From NCBI GenBank assembly GCA_012295275.1, contig CM022679.1:18910001-18974000 (forward strand): DNA of 64,000 nt. The letters run 5' to 3'. Under the pieces are notes generated by a model, which ran no database searches, was not told the origin of the DNA, and worked only from the letters and a program-made list of their open reading frames with translations. A program made the translations under genes and the position numbers. The stretch is from Chrysomallon squamiferum (lineage: Eukaryota > Animalia > Mollusca). The first letter of the stretch is position 1; every line of letters begins with the position of its first letter. Positions 1-15,391 of the stretch are shown here, in pieces.

Positions 1-18
1 TGTCTATATTATTGCACT

Positions 19-74
<56 letters not shown>

Positions 75-176
75 TTGTTGATGATGTTGTATTTGTTGTC
101 CAGAAAATTATAGTTTTTAAAAATAAATAAGGTTTTTGCATAATAAAACATCTAATGTAAAAGATATAAAAATTAC

Positions 177-523
177 CCTGAACATGACAAATCCAATGAC
201 AACATCTGATTCATCTCTCACTCGTCTGTCTGAAACCTCCATCAGAGAGACAATCACGCTGATTGGCTTCTCAGATTTGTCTAGATGTACTTTATACTGA
301 GGGTTTTTCCAGAACAGTTCTGGTCATAAGAAGATAAATAAATTCATTTAAATTTACCAAAATACAAACAAAGAAATTAGTAAAAAAATTAGTATAAAAT
401 TAGTATTATGTTATCAGAAATGTTGCTGTACATATACAGTAAAAATTAAACTTTATTTATGGCTCGTCTGAAGTGTGCTTTACATTTTAATTCTTTTCAA
501 CATTTTATTGTTTCTTTCCGTGA

Positions 524-564
<41 letters not shown>

Positions 565-1921
565 CACCTTTTACATCTTTTGTTTGAATGCAGGTTATAC
601 AAGTAACTTGAGTGTAAATACTCTTACAGTCATATCACTCTCAACAATAAAATAAGTTTTAAAAATTTTAATTTTCTTATTGTCAAATAAAGATACTGAA
701 TTATGTACTGAGAAATAATAACAATTAACAAAAATAAATTAAATGAAAAGAAACTTACTTGAAGTAAAACTCTTTAGAGGACCACCAGACGTTACCCCTC
801 TTATCCATGAACCATGAAATTCCTGTATTAACCACTGTTTCTTTTTCTACATTTAAATATAATTTTAAAAAAGAAAAAAGTTACAGTTTATTTGCAGACC
901 TGAAATCTTAAACATTTTCAACAAGTCAAGTGTTTAAATGGAATATTATTCAGGGGGTGGGAAGAGATTAAATATCTATTTATTTATTATCACAAAATAT
1001 TTCTGTCCCTAATGGAATCTACCACAGTTTGAACTATGGATGTATTGTTATGAACAAAAATTAATGAATATCACGTTTAAGTAATTGTTTTGACTGTTAT
1101 AAAGACAGTAAATGCTAGAACTGAATAAAAACAGAAATAAAAAAGTAATAAACCTGTTCACTAGCAATTTCAGAAGAAAGAGCATCAGGGCATAAATGAC
1201 ACATCTCAACCTGGTCAAAGTTTTCCTGAAAATCTTCCAGTTCCATCCTAAAATAACAAGAATAATAGTTTAATAAATTCGTTCAAGAAAAAAAATAAAG
1301 AAAAGTATCAAAGAAGAAGAAAAGAAAAAAGAAATCATATCAAAACAATATTGACTAGTTGGTAAATATATGACAGAGTTCAGTATTTGTTTAAAATGTA
1401 AACTGATATTACAACACTGTGTAAAAGGTGTCCAAACATTTTAATATTATGCATAAATTGCAAAATTAAAAGAAATTTTGAAAAATAAATTATAATGATG
1501 CAAGATTAAACTATTGCTTAAAGGGATTAATTCTAATATGTTTGACTCGTAATAACTATCTAAAACCAAAAAATCAAATAAAAATAATAATAATAATAAT
1601 AAAAAAATAAATAAATAAATAAATAAAATCTCATTTAACATTTCTTACCAAAATTCTCCATTAGGAATGTTTGAATGATCTACTGCTACGCTGTCAGAAT
1701 GACGAAGATGGCGCCATTCAGGAGATCTGGAATAATAATAATAATGATGACGATGACAACAATAACAACAAAGCATCATAAACAACAAAAGTAAAACAAA
1801 TAGTAAAAATAATTTGTCAGCTCCATACACCTTTTTATTAACCAGCTTGAAGTAAAATAAACAAACATACAAACAAACAAACAAATAAACAAATAAATAA
1901 TAAAAATAATAATAATAATAA

Positions 1922-1981
<60 letters not shown>

Positions 1982-2953
1982 TTGGTTATGATGACCATGA
2001 TGCTGATAGTTACAAACAAAACTGAAAGTAGATAATGATATGTTTGTGCATGTTTGTTAACTCTATGTGCAAATTTACATAATTTGAATTGACCATACTT
2101 GTTACTTATGTGTGACTATGTGTACTTTGTCGGGAATATCTATATATGTTTGCTTTTATGTATGAGTGTAAAAATAAGTTTTTACAGGCATTATCAATTT
2201 ATATGACTCTGTTACCACAATTATATTTACCCATCACTCCAAGCTCCATTCCATTCACCTTTACCCCAAGGATTTCTTAGACGTATAAGCATTTTTTTTT
2301 GGCCTCTTATATGCACCTGCACAATAAACAAGTAACAAAATATTATTTATATACTGAAATTCTATTACATATATATGTATATATTCAAAATTAATAATGC
2401 ATATTAATTCACAAAACATTTTAAATTTGTCTTGTTTTCTCAACTTCTGTTTGATTTGCACATCAAAAAAGAGAAATAGATACTTTTTTTTTTTTTGCTT
2501 CATGTTATAGACTCTTAATTACAATTTGTTTTAAGAAACATCGTCACAGTAAAAATAAATGAAAAGAAATACAATATCAACACAGACCCACTCACACCTA
2601 CACCAAAAAGAAAGAAAAAAAGAAAGAAAGAAAGAAAAATTGTTCAAACAGTATAAAGATAACAAAGATATAAACAAAAAAACAAATAATAATAATTAAA
2701 AAAAAAAAAAAAAAAAAAAGAAGTAAATTATATATATATATCTATCTTCAAACTTTTGACTATCCCCATCCTCCTTTTTTTTTTGATCTGCCCCTGAGTA
2801 TCTACCTCTTTGATGTCGACGATACTGTATGCATGACCTTCGTACAGACCATTATGTCGTTGTGTCTCTCGTGATGTAGCTCCAGGTCTACTCTGTTTAA
2901 TGAAATTAAAAATGAAAATGTTCAATTCTTTTTTTCTTTTAAAATTCAGTTGC

Positions 2954-3015
<62 letters not shown>

Positions 3016-3145
3016 ATCATTATCATCATCATCATTAGTGGTAGTAGTAGCAGTAACATTGATAATAGAAGTAAATGCTGTAGTAGTAGCTGTTGTTGTA
3101 TAAATTGAACTTTAACCTCAAAACCTGAAACCAGATTTTACTTTA

Positions 3146-3176
<31 letters not shown>

Positions 3177-4718
3177 ATCTGTAACAATGCCCCTGCTATT
3201 TGTTTGTGAAGAACAAATAGCAAAAATACATACAAAAATAGCTCCTCCCATCAGGGTATTCATCTTCTTACATGTCAACAGTGTACTTTGGAGTTTTTCT
3301 AAAGCCATTTCATTATTCAATTCGATAAATTCTGAAATACCCCCAGTCATATCAACAAGGGCCTGACTTATCCGCCCTCCATCGATGGCTTCGTAACATC
3401 CGTACAGTCTGTAGAAATTAAACATTTAAATAAAATCATATATCCGAAAGGTTGTAAGCAGAAAGATAAAGTAAGAAGAAGAAGAAAGAAACAACTATAT
3501 CAAATTAAATACTGTGGTATCTTGACTTTCGAGTATCTCAATTTGTTCGTATATCAAATCAATTTTCCCAACTGAAATGAATTGAAATACCATTAATCTG
3601 TTCCAGCTCCACAAAAGCAACCCCAATTTTCTTTTTGTAATGTGTTTTTAAATAAGAAAAATATTTTTATAAATGACAAATATTGAAAATAAAAACAAAA
3701 TAAAAGAGAATGTAAAGAAATAAATTGGTTTTGCAAAGTGTATTTATCTTGGAGATCAGACAAATTATTTAAATGTCTTTGGCTGGAGTAGACTTTATCG
3801 ACTCCTTTAGCTTCAGTATGGTACATATCGTAGAAGTACTACCCTCATACTGCCTAGCCAAGTTGACTACTTGCACACCTTGCTGTCCTTTGCACTTACT
3901 TTCTTTGGATCCATGGCCAGAAAAAAGAAATTTGGCAAAATACTGCACAAAACTCAAGCACAACACAACAGAGATGCTTCCACAGCAAGGTAACTATGTG
4001 AAGTAAACGAGTGAGATGTGGGATGCTGGCTGGATGTTGTGCCAAGTAGCAGCAGTGTATCTGAAGCTTGCTCGTAACTCGGATTTTGGCTCACAACTCA
4101 AAGCAAAAATCGACCGGGCAACTGCTTGTAATTTGAAAAACACGTAAATTGGGGCACTTATAAGTTGAGGTACCACTGTATATTTTTGGTATTTCGAGAG
4201 AATCTAAACTGTTGTATATTTTGGTATAAATCTGTAACTGGAAATACTTTCAGACATGAAAATTATATTATAAAGAACATGACATAAAATATGCACTTTT
4301 TCTACTGTGAAATTATTCGAAATTTCATCCTTACTTTGCATATGCCTTTTCCAAAAGCGGGCACCAAAACTCATTTTTTTCTTTTCTGTTAGCTGTGTAT
4401 ATCAGCTCTCCATATCGTGTTGGCAACAAATCATCCACTATCACTTCTATCCACTTTCCATATTGCCAGAAACGAAATCTAAAGATGCCTAATAAAACAA
4501 ACACACACACATAAATAATCAAATAAATGAACAATGAATGAATGAATAAAAATGATATCTATTATATTATGTGTGACTGTCATTTGGATTGATTTGAGGA
4601 AAACTTAGTTTGTTAATCTTCAAACCAGCCAAAAATAACAATATTAATTAACTGAACAAAACAAAAATGAAAAAAAATAACATTAATAATAATAATGATA
4701 ACATTAATAATAATAATG

Positions 4719-4783
<65 letters not shown>

Positions 4784-7700
4784 CCGTAATTGGTGCAGGA
4801 ATAAATTTTCAAAATGTGGAACAAAAAGTTAAAAATACATATTATAAAAATAATTATGGTAATGTGACTTATGAGCCTCATTTAATATACATCTATATTT
4901 AAATCTTGTTTCTGAAAAAAACTAATAAAGTTACCTGGTGAGTGTTGGTGCACCCACTTCGTTATTTCTAGCTAACATGGGACTAAAACTTGAAAAACAA
5001 GTTTTGGCTAACAGTTCAGCTTTAAGAAGAAACAGGTCAAATCATTTTAAACATATAACAGATATTTCGAAATTTCAGTAATGTAAGAAGGTTGGTTGGA
5101 AATTACCCATACCTGTGTCAAACTACTGGTGCAAGAGGAGACACATACCTGCATAACTGCTGTCAAATTCTTGATTCAGAGGGACAACTCTCTCAAACAA
5201 TTTCCAGTTACTTGCTGCCAGCGTGACTGCTCCAGCAACAAACCAACAGTTACCTGAATAAAACAAATGATACTGTGTGTTTTACACCATTAACAAAGAA
5301 GAGATATTATCTGTGCCTGTCTAAGATGTAACCGTAAAATATTTGCAATAGATCTCTTTGATCATTATTGGACTAACCATTTGTGATACAAAAAAATAAC
5401 AATAGCCATAACAATTCAGATGAGATAACAAATGCTACAGAAACTGGTAATCATCTATTTTTATTTATTTATTTTACTTATATATTTATTTTTTTATTAT
5501 TATTATTATTTTTCTCTGTCACAGTCATGAACTTAGTCGTATACCTGTTTTATTATGTAAGTCTACAAATAATGCAATATTGAAATGTGAAAAAAAGAAA
5601 ATAAATAATAATAATAAAATAATTTAAAAAAAATAAATAAATAAAAAGAAAATAATAATAATAAAAATAAAGGGTAAGAAAATATTATTTCTGATATTTC
5701 AGAACCTGGTAAGATAAAACCTATCGTGGTCAGGCAAACAACTTGTTTTATTTTATTTTGAAATATCTCTAGGGTTGAACAAGTAAGTAATATCTGTCTG
5801 ACTCTGTAGATGCGTTTGTATGTGTCTTAATTGATGTACTTTTGTTAAACAGTATTCTGTCCACAATTTGAAAGCACATTCAGTCACACTTTACACATGA
5901 AATGTCCCAGAAAGCACTCCAAGGCAAGCAGACAAGTATATATCTATGTATGTGTCTGTGTATGTACGTTTATGAATATATGTGTATGTATGTATATGTT
6001 TATGTATGTATGCATATGTTTATGGAGGTAGGTAGGTCGTGTATCCATACTGAATTTATTAAAACAAATTTTAAATTAGATGCATATTAATATGGCTATG
6101 TATATATTTTTTTGTTTTAATTACGTTAATTACTATTAAACAGATACCAAATGCGTTTTAATAATAGATACCCAGCTTCATCAATCACAGAAAAAAGGAT
6201 ACACAATGTCTAACTGCAGTAAACAAAACATAGGTTTATTATTATTATTTTCCGTTTTTGTGTGTGTGGTTTTTTCTTTTTGCTTTTTATTTTTTTAAAT
6301 GTTAAAATTACATTTCTTATAAAAAACAGGCAATTTTCAAACATACAAAGCTTCTTTAATAGTATTTGTTTCACAGTAAATGTAACTTGCTTTTCTTCAT
6401 CATGCAGTCGTTAAATATCTTGTCCTTTATCTAGCTTTTTGTTTCTATCATCAACATTAAATATACTGAAGAAAACAATACCGACTCTAATCTTAACAAT
6501 CTTTCAGTATTAAAATACATTTTTGTAAAATAACGACGGACACATTTATGGGTACATTATAATGGATGGAAATCACAAAATTACCATCACTAGTAAGTTT
6601 CACTGTCTCCCTCACATATTTAGTGTTCTGTCTATATACTCATACATGCATCCCTGCGCGAAGAGTGTGAATGTTTTTGTTAACTGACACGAGAAAATGA
6701 TACTAGTTTAATATCTAACCAGAGATAACTTGGTATGTTTCAGACCACATGTGAAATTTTTCTTTACCAAGTATTCACTAACAAAAAAATTAATTAATAA
6801 TAAATAATAAATAATAACAACAACAACAACAATAATAATAAATAAATATAAAAATAAAAATAAAAAGATACCCCCCCAAAAAATTAATAATAAGAAACAA
6901 AAGTGTAAAGTATCAGTACAAATTCAAATTCCGTGGACACACATGATATATCAATCCCTATATATAAATTTTGTTCTTTAAGATAGTTGCTTAAGACGAT
7001 TACATTTATTTGTTTGTTATCATCATCATCTTCATCACCATCTTCATAAAATCATTATCAGAATTACTGTTAGCATTTAAAATTCACTTGTCACATAAAA
7101 TCAATATGTATTGCTTAAGTCCAAGAATCCAAGAATGTTGCCACTGTAATCTATAAAGCACTCAAGTAACTTCACATTACACTACATTACATGATTAGTT
7201 CTTGGCAAGAGCACCTTTGTACAGCAATATTTAAATCTGTGTGCCCAACAGTTCAAGGTTGGTTTTCAGACTGTAAATTACAACTTACCCAGTTCTCCTT
7301 GTTGCATATCATAATAACTTGCTCCACTAACAAGAAATCTGGCATTAGGGGTTATTTCCTGAAAGAAAGTTATTAGTGTGATTATTGTGTTAGAGAACAA
7401 GTGTGCTGACGTGTGTGTGTGTGCCTGTGTGTGTTTGTGTGAGAGTGTGTTTATATGTATGTCAAGGTGTTAAGACAAAAAATGAATTGCATGTAAATAT
7501 GTTTTAAGTGATTGTGTGAGTGCCCAATTGTGTCTATGAATATTTGTGTTTCTTGTGTGTGTATGTTTGTATGTGTGTGTAGCTGTGTGTATATCTGTGT
7601 ATTATTGTGTGTGTATGATGAATAAATGAATTCAGTGGTATGCATCTTTGTATTAAAATGCAAACTGTGTCCTGAAGCTGAATTTCTTCATTAATGGTCT

Positions 7701-8231
7701 ATAGGGCAGAACATTTTTCAGTTTGGTTTTGATATTTTAACAATGTCCTGAAATTTTATTAAATGAATTTTGACTAGATATTTATCAAGGAGGAATATAT
7801 CTATCTATCTATATATCTATCTATCTATCTATCTATCTATAAGCAATAATATAAATATAAATAAAAAAGAAATAAATTTAAATATTAATATAAGAAAGAT
7901 TCCAGCATATATCATTTCAGGAAACTGATTATGTAATTGTGAGATGAAAATGTATTAAACTTTAGGTTATTCACAGGTTATGCATATAATTTGCTGCATA
8001 ATTAAAAATAAAATAAAATAAGTGTGTTAGTGTATATATATATATATATATGTGCATATATATACAAACACACATATATATATAAGAAACGTGTAACATA
8101 TATCTTTACCAAACAGATTTATTTCTTTTATATTCTTATTATGTAATAATAGATTTATGGATTTATATTTGTTGTTTTTCTTCCACCCCTCCCCCCCAAA
8201 CCTCCCCACCTTAAGCTGTAACGCCATTCTA

Positions 8232-8264
<33 letters not shown>

Positions 8265-9636
8265 TACATATATACACACACACTCACACACATACACACA
8301 TTTAAATAAAAATAAATAATATAAATAAAAAGGAAATAAAATGATACACAATAAAACATTTTTAAAAAATTAAAAAATATATTGATCTTCAACTTTATTC
8401 AGATTACAAAAAATAAAAATCCTTTCATATAATTATCATGCGCTTATTTAGCATTCTATTTCACAGCAGAAAGCTAAAACATTTTGAAGTTTATTAACAA
8501 AGGAAAAGTGAAATTTCACGCTTCAGTTCTTATCTAGGCAATACACTTTTAAAACGCATTTAAGGAGGAGAGAGAAAAGATATCAGACAACAAAAAAAAA
8601 AAATAAGAATTAAAATATAAGAACATGGTAATATAATGCGCTGGACTTGTTAATTGCTTCAAAAATTAACTCAGTGCAGTGCAAACAGAAATATGGTAAT
8701 TTAGAAATAACTACAGAATTATTTATGAATTCGAAATGTTACAACAGTAATTATTTTATTTCGTGGCATTTATACAGTGAACAACAGACTACAAATAAAT
8801 AAAGAAATAAATTCCACAAAACAAGATGGCTCTATGAGTCATATTTATTTATTTATTTATTTAATTATTTTACTATGCACTTCAGATCTGTGCCATTTAA
8901 TCCGAGTTTAAGCAAACAACAGCAGGTGAGAGCTAAAAATATGCTGGGAAGCAAATCCTTTTTTTTATTTTTATTTTACACACTTGACTGAATTTAAATA
9001 AAACACTTTCATACGTGCACAAGGAATGCAACAAAACCATGTTACAAGATAAGTTATTTGATCGTAGTTTTGTGATTATATAATTCCGTGTATTTTGTGT
9101 TATAATATAGTCCATATCTTAATAACAGAACAGCTGTTACATCTGATTTTATTATGGATTCGTTGTCCAGATCTATGATTTGCTATTTTCAGAAATAGTC
9201 TGCTTTATTCAAGTTTATAGAATTTGTATTTCAGACCGGGCAGACGTTTATTTTTCCTTTTGTTTTTCCTTTTTTTTTTCTCTCTCTCTCTATTTTCTTT
9301 ATGAAGAAACTCGTTTCATTATATTACTGAATATTCGTTACTGTTGTTGTTGTTGTTGTTGTTGTTGTTATTATTATTATTATTATTTGTTTTATTATAA
9401 GCAGCTGATATGTCAAAAATTTTAATTATTATTTTTTCTTCTCCACTTTAACTATAATTAGCATGCGGTCCTAATATAGTCAACAACTAATAGCTTACCC
9501 TGGGTCGTTTCCACGAGATACTCGGCGATCCGTCCCCGCTGAAATACAAGGCTCTGGAATCCGCTGGAAAATCGGGATCCTCGAATAATCTCTTCGATTT
9601 CAAAATCTTAGCTTTCCTAACCTTAAAATCCTCCAT
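177..9636 (-). CDS. Calpain (CysPc + C2L/domain III), multi-exon, 3' end outside the window
   Basis: Exons: 9636-9499 ([29 protein letters not shown]), 7358-7289 (..YDMQQGELG), 5253-5149 (NCWFVAG, catalytic Cys), 4488-4335 ([32 protein letters not shown]), 3408-3234 ([16 protein letters not shown]), 2892-2806 (GHAYS, catalytic His), 2316-2231 (RLRNPWG, catalytic Asn), 1726-1649 (..GEFW), 1247-1154, 846-759 ([11 protein letters not shown]), 319-177 (FWKNPQY). All introns are GT-AG with matching phases. Confidence 0.96.
3512..4178 (-). mobile_element. Tigger/pogo (Tc1-mariner superfamily) non-autonomous element with transposase N-terminal remnant, in calpain intron 4
   Basis: Imperfect TIRs ctgtggtatcttgactttcgagt ... 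acttataagttgaggtaccactg flanked by TA on both sides. The internal minus-strand frame [29 protein letters not shown] resembles the CENP-B/Tigger N-terminal HTH. Confidence 0.85.
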
Positions 9637-10784
9637 TCTCCTTCGAATCCTTTTCACCTGTTTGTTTTAGTTTTAAAAGAAAAAGCAAACGACTAATTCG
9701 TGCCGCGCGAAAATCAATAAGACCAGTGAAGCGTACGTTGTTCAGCATAAACAAGAAACGACACTACATACGCACTCATATGACTCCAATTATTTCGTTT
9801 ATATCATTTCATTCGTTTATAGCATATTTCCGAAAAATACATAAAACAAAAACGTGTTCCTTTTTGCTTATCCTTTTTATAATCAAGTATCAACTGTTTT
9901 AAAGTTAGTATTAAAGCACGCGTCATCTAGACCTCGATCAACAGTGGATTTGTGACTCACTGTTTAAAGTATGTAGAGGACAAATGTCATTTTAACTTGA
10001 ACGTTTGTTGATGTTTTAACGATATGGGCACAGTCAGTGGTCCCGTGTTTGAAACCGTAACGTGGAAACCCTGGATACTACCATCGTTAACTCCCAGTGA
10101 CAAATAAATAAATCTGAATAAGATACTTAAACCGTTTATTGCATAACTGGCATGTATAAAGGGAAAAGACCTGACAATATATTACTACAACTACTACTAC
10201 TACAATGACGACGATGACTACTCTGCTATTACTACTGTTGTTGCTGCTGCTGCTATTAAAACAACTACTACTACAACAAGTAGTACTAGAACTGCAACTA
10301 TTATTACAACTACTTCTACTATTATTGCTACTACTACTTACTACCTATCTACCTAATTACCACCCAAAGTCAGAACCCAGTAAACGTATATTTGAGATGA
10401 TAGAAATAGTTTCTGAAAATAATTATTCCATGTAACTTTTATTTAGTTAGTTATTTTTAATACTGAAAGAAGTGGAGAGAGTCTAGAGAGAAAGTGCAGT
10501 TTCACAATACTGATACTTCTAATCAAATGTTTATTAATCTAAGGCATTGGTAATAGTAAATTAAGATTACGCCTGAATGTTACCACATATATTATAATAT
10601 ATTTTAAATAATTGTAAGAATCTTAAAATCCATACAGAATTGTTCCTTGCAAACGAAAACGCCTTTATCATACAAATCTCTTTGTTCACCTCTGGTGTCA
10701 GCTTCACGTTTACCTACATTTTATAAAGCAGCGAGAACATCTCGTCATTTGTCGTACCGACTAGATGCAGCAAACGAATTTCGT

Positions 10785-10808
10785 TGACGTCACACGTGTT
10801 TGACGTCA
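10785..10808. promoter_or_regulatory. CRE - E-box - CRE composite element
   Basis: TGACGTCA (10785-92), CACGTG (10793-98), TT, TGACGTCA (10801-08); about 1.15 kb upstream of the calpain ATG. Confidence 0.55.
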
Positions 10809-11562
10809 AACCTAATATATGTACGTAAGAGGTGGTTTGTTGCTTATTGTAAATTGTTGATCTTGGACATGATTAATTGCAGGAATAAATTTCCTCGTTT
10901 CTTTTATTGGACTCCATTTCGTCCAACCACTTTCTTTCAGTTCAGTTAACAAAAACTATGGAATCTGTAGCAAATTTTGTATAACAATTACCATCGAAAA
11001 CGAATAGCTCATATATTCCCTGGAATTCCTCTCATCATTATCTGTTAATAATAATAAATCATTATTTAATGCCTTAAACCACTGATAAACAAGCAAACAA
11101 ATAAATAAATAGAAAAAAAAAAATGAAGGTAAGTCTTATATGTCTCGTTAGAAACTACTTAATATATTTTAAATATTATTACGATTATATATTCTCCAAA
11201 TATGAACAGTCAGTCCAATTCGAGTTGGTGAAATGTATCTGTTAGTGAGAACGCGCCTTAATGTGACATATCAGCAAATCTCATTGCAAACAGTAAAAAG
11301 ATCGGTGCTTTTATTCTCGGAGCATTGAATTCTATTTATAATTGTGCAGTTTGTTTGTTCTGCTGTATCGTGCAGTAGTATGCAATAACTATTATACATA
11401 GTGCATTTTATATTTGAGATACTTGACAATAATGAAAAATATTTATTTTAAATAGTGGCAATAAATAAAGAAATTAATTAAAATAAAATAATTAAATGTA
11501 AAGAAAATCAACAACTTAAAAACAAATAAAACAAGACAAAAAAATAAAAAAAAATAAAATAA

Positions 11563-11611
<49 letters not shown>

Positions 11612-12580
11612 TTTCCCCAAAATGTAACTGTAATTAGAGCGCCGAGAGCTGTCAGTATGTGTCACCTGACCATCAAGTGCTTGTAAAAGATCCAATACAG
11701 CTAATGGAAAATAATAATAATAATAATAATACACATTTTTCATTCAGGACCAATAAATTTGGATATTGGTATTTACATGATCTAAAATTTATGTTCAGTT
11801 TAAAAATTTAGTTCTTTACTTATTCCGTTAATTTTTTTTTTCTTCTATTTATCTATACATATACTCAGTTAATAATTTTTCTAGTATTTTTTATTTTTTG
11901 TTTTTATTAAATTTGCAATGATTTTAACTGTTATTTAAAAAAAAAAAAATTTTTTTATCTTTGTTCTCTAATAAAACAATGAACAAATGCATTTTGTTTT
12001 AGTTTATTTATTATTATTATTATTTTATTTGTCCTTTTTATTACTTTCTGTTTGGTTTTTATTTATTAATTAATTTGTAAGTATTACATTACTATTAGAA
12101 TGACAGCATTCTCGAAGAGCCGAGCTAAAAAAACAACAAATAACTCCCCTACCACCCAAAATTCAATGATGTTCATTAAAATAATACAGAAATTTGTTTA
12201 CAATAAAGGGAAGTTACTCTTTGGCAACAGTTCTTAAAAGTGTATCGATTACTTACCTTGCTTATATTGGTTCGGAACTATATATATATATATATATATT
12301 TTTTTTTTCCATTATAAAATGATCATGCTGTTATTTACACCACTTTAATTAAATCCAGGGCCTATGATAGGGGGGGGTCCAGCCGGTACTTTGTTCCGGT
12401 CCAAACAGCTAAGAAAGGTCCCACAGCATCCAATGCATGCATTAACTGACTGTTTGTTATATCATGTCATATATGATTATGGAAATAAAGCATTTATGAG
12501 ATTTTACATGTAGATTTACAATTATGAGATTTTAAAATAGTATGTCAGTTTGCTAGTATTAAAACTGACATGACTAAAAA

Positions 12581-12582
12581 CA

Positions 12583-12672
<90 letters not shown>
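12581..12672. repeat. (CA)n(GA)n microsatellite
   Basis: Seen directly. Confidence 0.95.
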
Positions 12673-12675
<3 letters not shown>

Positions 12676-15288
12676 TGGGGAGAGTATTTAAATTATTTAA
12701 AATTAAAATTAAAATTAAATATTTATTTGAATGTAAAATGTAGTCTATAAACCATATGTTTTAACAAAAAAATCAAATTTAAGTCGTTTGCGATTACATT
12801 TTATTTTGTCTGTGTCCAGTCAACATATAAATAATCTGAGCTAGGAATAACAGTTAAAAAACTTGGTATCCCCAGCTTATAAAATGTTACTGGTGACTGC
12901 ATGTGCCACAAGTATCATGCTAGACATTTTCTACCAAGGAAACAAAATTAAAAAGAAATAGGTGTAATGTAAACAGGGAGAAGACATAATATAACGTTCA
13001 ATTACAGTACATCTGAAGAAAAAAATAAAAATAAAAAACAAAATAAAACAATATTTAAAACTTTATTTATATAACTTCCGACATATTTCTTCATTAAATT
13101 TTGTTAATAGACTTTTATTTTATTTTATTTTATTATAATAATTATTATTATTATTATTATTTTATGTTTGGAATATATTCTCTTCGTTTCCACTTTCACA
13201 CAGTCACGCACAAACACAAACAAATACAACGAGAAAACATGTAAATTTACATATACAAACTCATTAAAACAAACAAACAAACAGACAAACAAATAACAAA
13301 TAAATAAATAAATACAAATCTTTGAAAAAGAAATGAGAAAAGAAAAGTAAAAACAAAACACAAAAACAATAACATTATCAATATCAAAAACAGTCATTAT
13401 AAATAAATAAATAAATCGAGAAAAAAAGAAATAACAACCAATGATTTAAAACAACAAAAAAAAAAAAAAAAAAAAAAAAAAGACAAGCAAACCAAAGATA
13501 GAAAGGAAAGAAAAAGAAAATGTCAAAAACAACAAAAGAAAAACAAAATAAGACCCACAAAAGTATTCGCCAGACTCTTCCTCTAGCAATTAAATAAACT
13601 GAAATTTGCATAAAATAATAAATAATTCATATTTGTCTCATAACCTACGTCCTTAATACACAAACTGACTTCTACTAGAATATTATACATCCGGATTCTC
13701 TCATTGAAACAAAATGTCGCAGTCTATTCATTTTATTTTTTCCCGAAAAATTAGGAAAACCCAAGTGATTCATAGTCTAATGATTTAAACAGGCTGCAAC
13801 GATCGTTTCCCGGAAATACAACTTATTTACTTATTTAGCTCAGACATCTCTCACTGAACGTTGAAAATCTTTGAAATAAAACCAGTTACAACTTAATTAC
13901 GAGGTGATTATTATAAGCATAAGAAAAGACCGAATTACTATTATATTAAAATAACAATTCTTACCAGTTATGTGCGTATTTTAGTTTTTTCAGTTCACTT
14001 TTAAAATAAGTACATTTATATTTGAATATATATTTTGACTTAATATCCAAAAGTTGATTTAACGAATGCAATGTACAAGATAGAAACATTGTCGTTGTTA
14101 GAATTAATGAATAATTACTTGTTTAACGACACCACGAAACACATCAAACTGTCTGCTCTTAGCTGATACGTAGGTAGATTAAGTTTTAATTTTTAAAAAT
14201 TTATATAATCATATAAAAGGAGAAACCTTTCTATATGCCTTCGCACAACTGCGAATACAGACAACATAGATTTCTAAAAATAGATCTTGTATGTCATGCT
14301 GTATGACTAGTTGAATTACTCCATGCAGAAAAAGAAGTGCACTGAAATCATCTTCACACACAAACAACTCAGAAACATTCTTAATACCCATTGTCACTAG
14401 ACAGTGCTGATTCGGAGTATTTAAATAAGTCACTTGGAATTAAATTCAAAATGTATTTATTTATTCTTATTTTGTTTGTTTCACATATTTTAATTACTTA
14501 ATTCGGAAGAATATTATTAACTTGTTCACTCGTGCTAAGTTTATGAATAGATACACGCATTTCCTATTATACATGTAAATTAAGTAACGCTTTAAAAAAA
14601 ATTATCACTTTATCCATGATGTATTGCGTGTCGTGATTAATGAAATAAAATAAAAGACAATTAATTTAAATAGATTTTTTTTATATAAATATATCTTATG
14701 TGTCTATTTCTCATTTTCCCTCCTAACTCCCTGTCTAATTATCTATCTGTCGATCGATCCATCCACATATCTATCTTATCTTTCTGTCCGTCTGTCTGAT
14801 TATCAGTCTTTCTGTATCTACTAGCTCGTTTTCAAACATATCTACTATTAATCGGGTTTTTTTCGTTCATAAAATTATGATACATTACCGTAAATACCTC
14901 ATCAACAAAAACTGTCGAAATCAGACATTCACTGCAGCTGGAACTAAAGGTAGAGACACGAAAGAACTAACGAGCCAACCAAGCAAACAAGGAACAAACC
15001 AATCAACAAATAAATAAATAAAGATAATCAAAACTTATTACTGAAATATATCTCACAGTTCATTTATTGCAGTTATTGCCGGTAGGCAATAACTGCACGG
15101 TTCTGAAACGTTTAATAATAACAACTATGAATATTCACGACATTTCAGTAGACTGAGTGGGATCATATACCATAAAACAAAATGCTTTTGAATTTATATA
15201 TTTAAAAACTTAAAGCATTTTAAATTAAGTTAAATAGAGATATCAAATACATGGATAAATATTTTAATTTTGATGTTGATGTTGATGA

Positions 15289-15322
15289 TAATAATAATAA
15301 TCATTATAATAATAATAATAAC

Positions 15323-15391
<69 letters not shown>

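Noticed and set aside
4935-4967. Possible 33-nt frame-preserving cassette exon in calpain intron 3
   Set aside because: The acceptor is weak, there is no homology, and it would interrupt the conserved YAGIF motif.
5113-5148. Alternative downstream donor extending calpain exon 3 by 36 nt
   Set aside because: The extension contains an in-frame TAG.
12355-12430. GC-rich cagggcc.. block resembling a hAT/MITE end
   Set aside because: No partner TIR or target-site duplication found.
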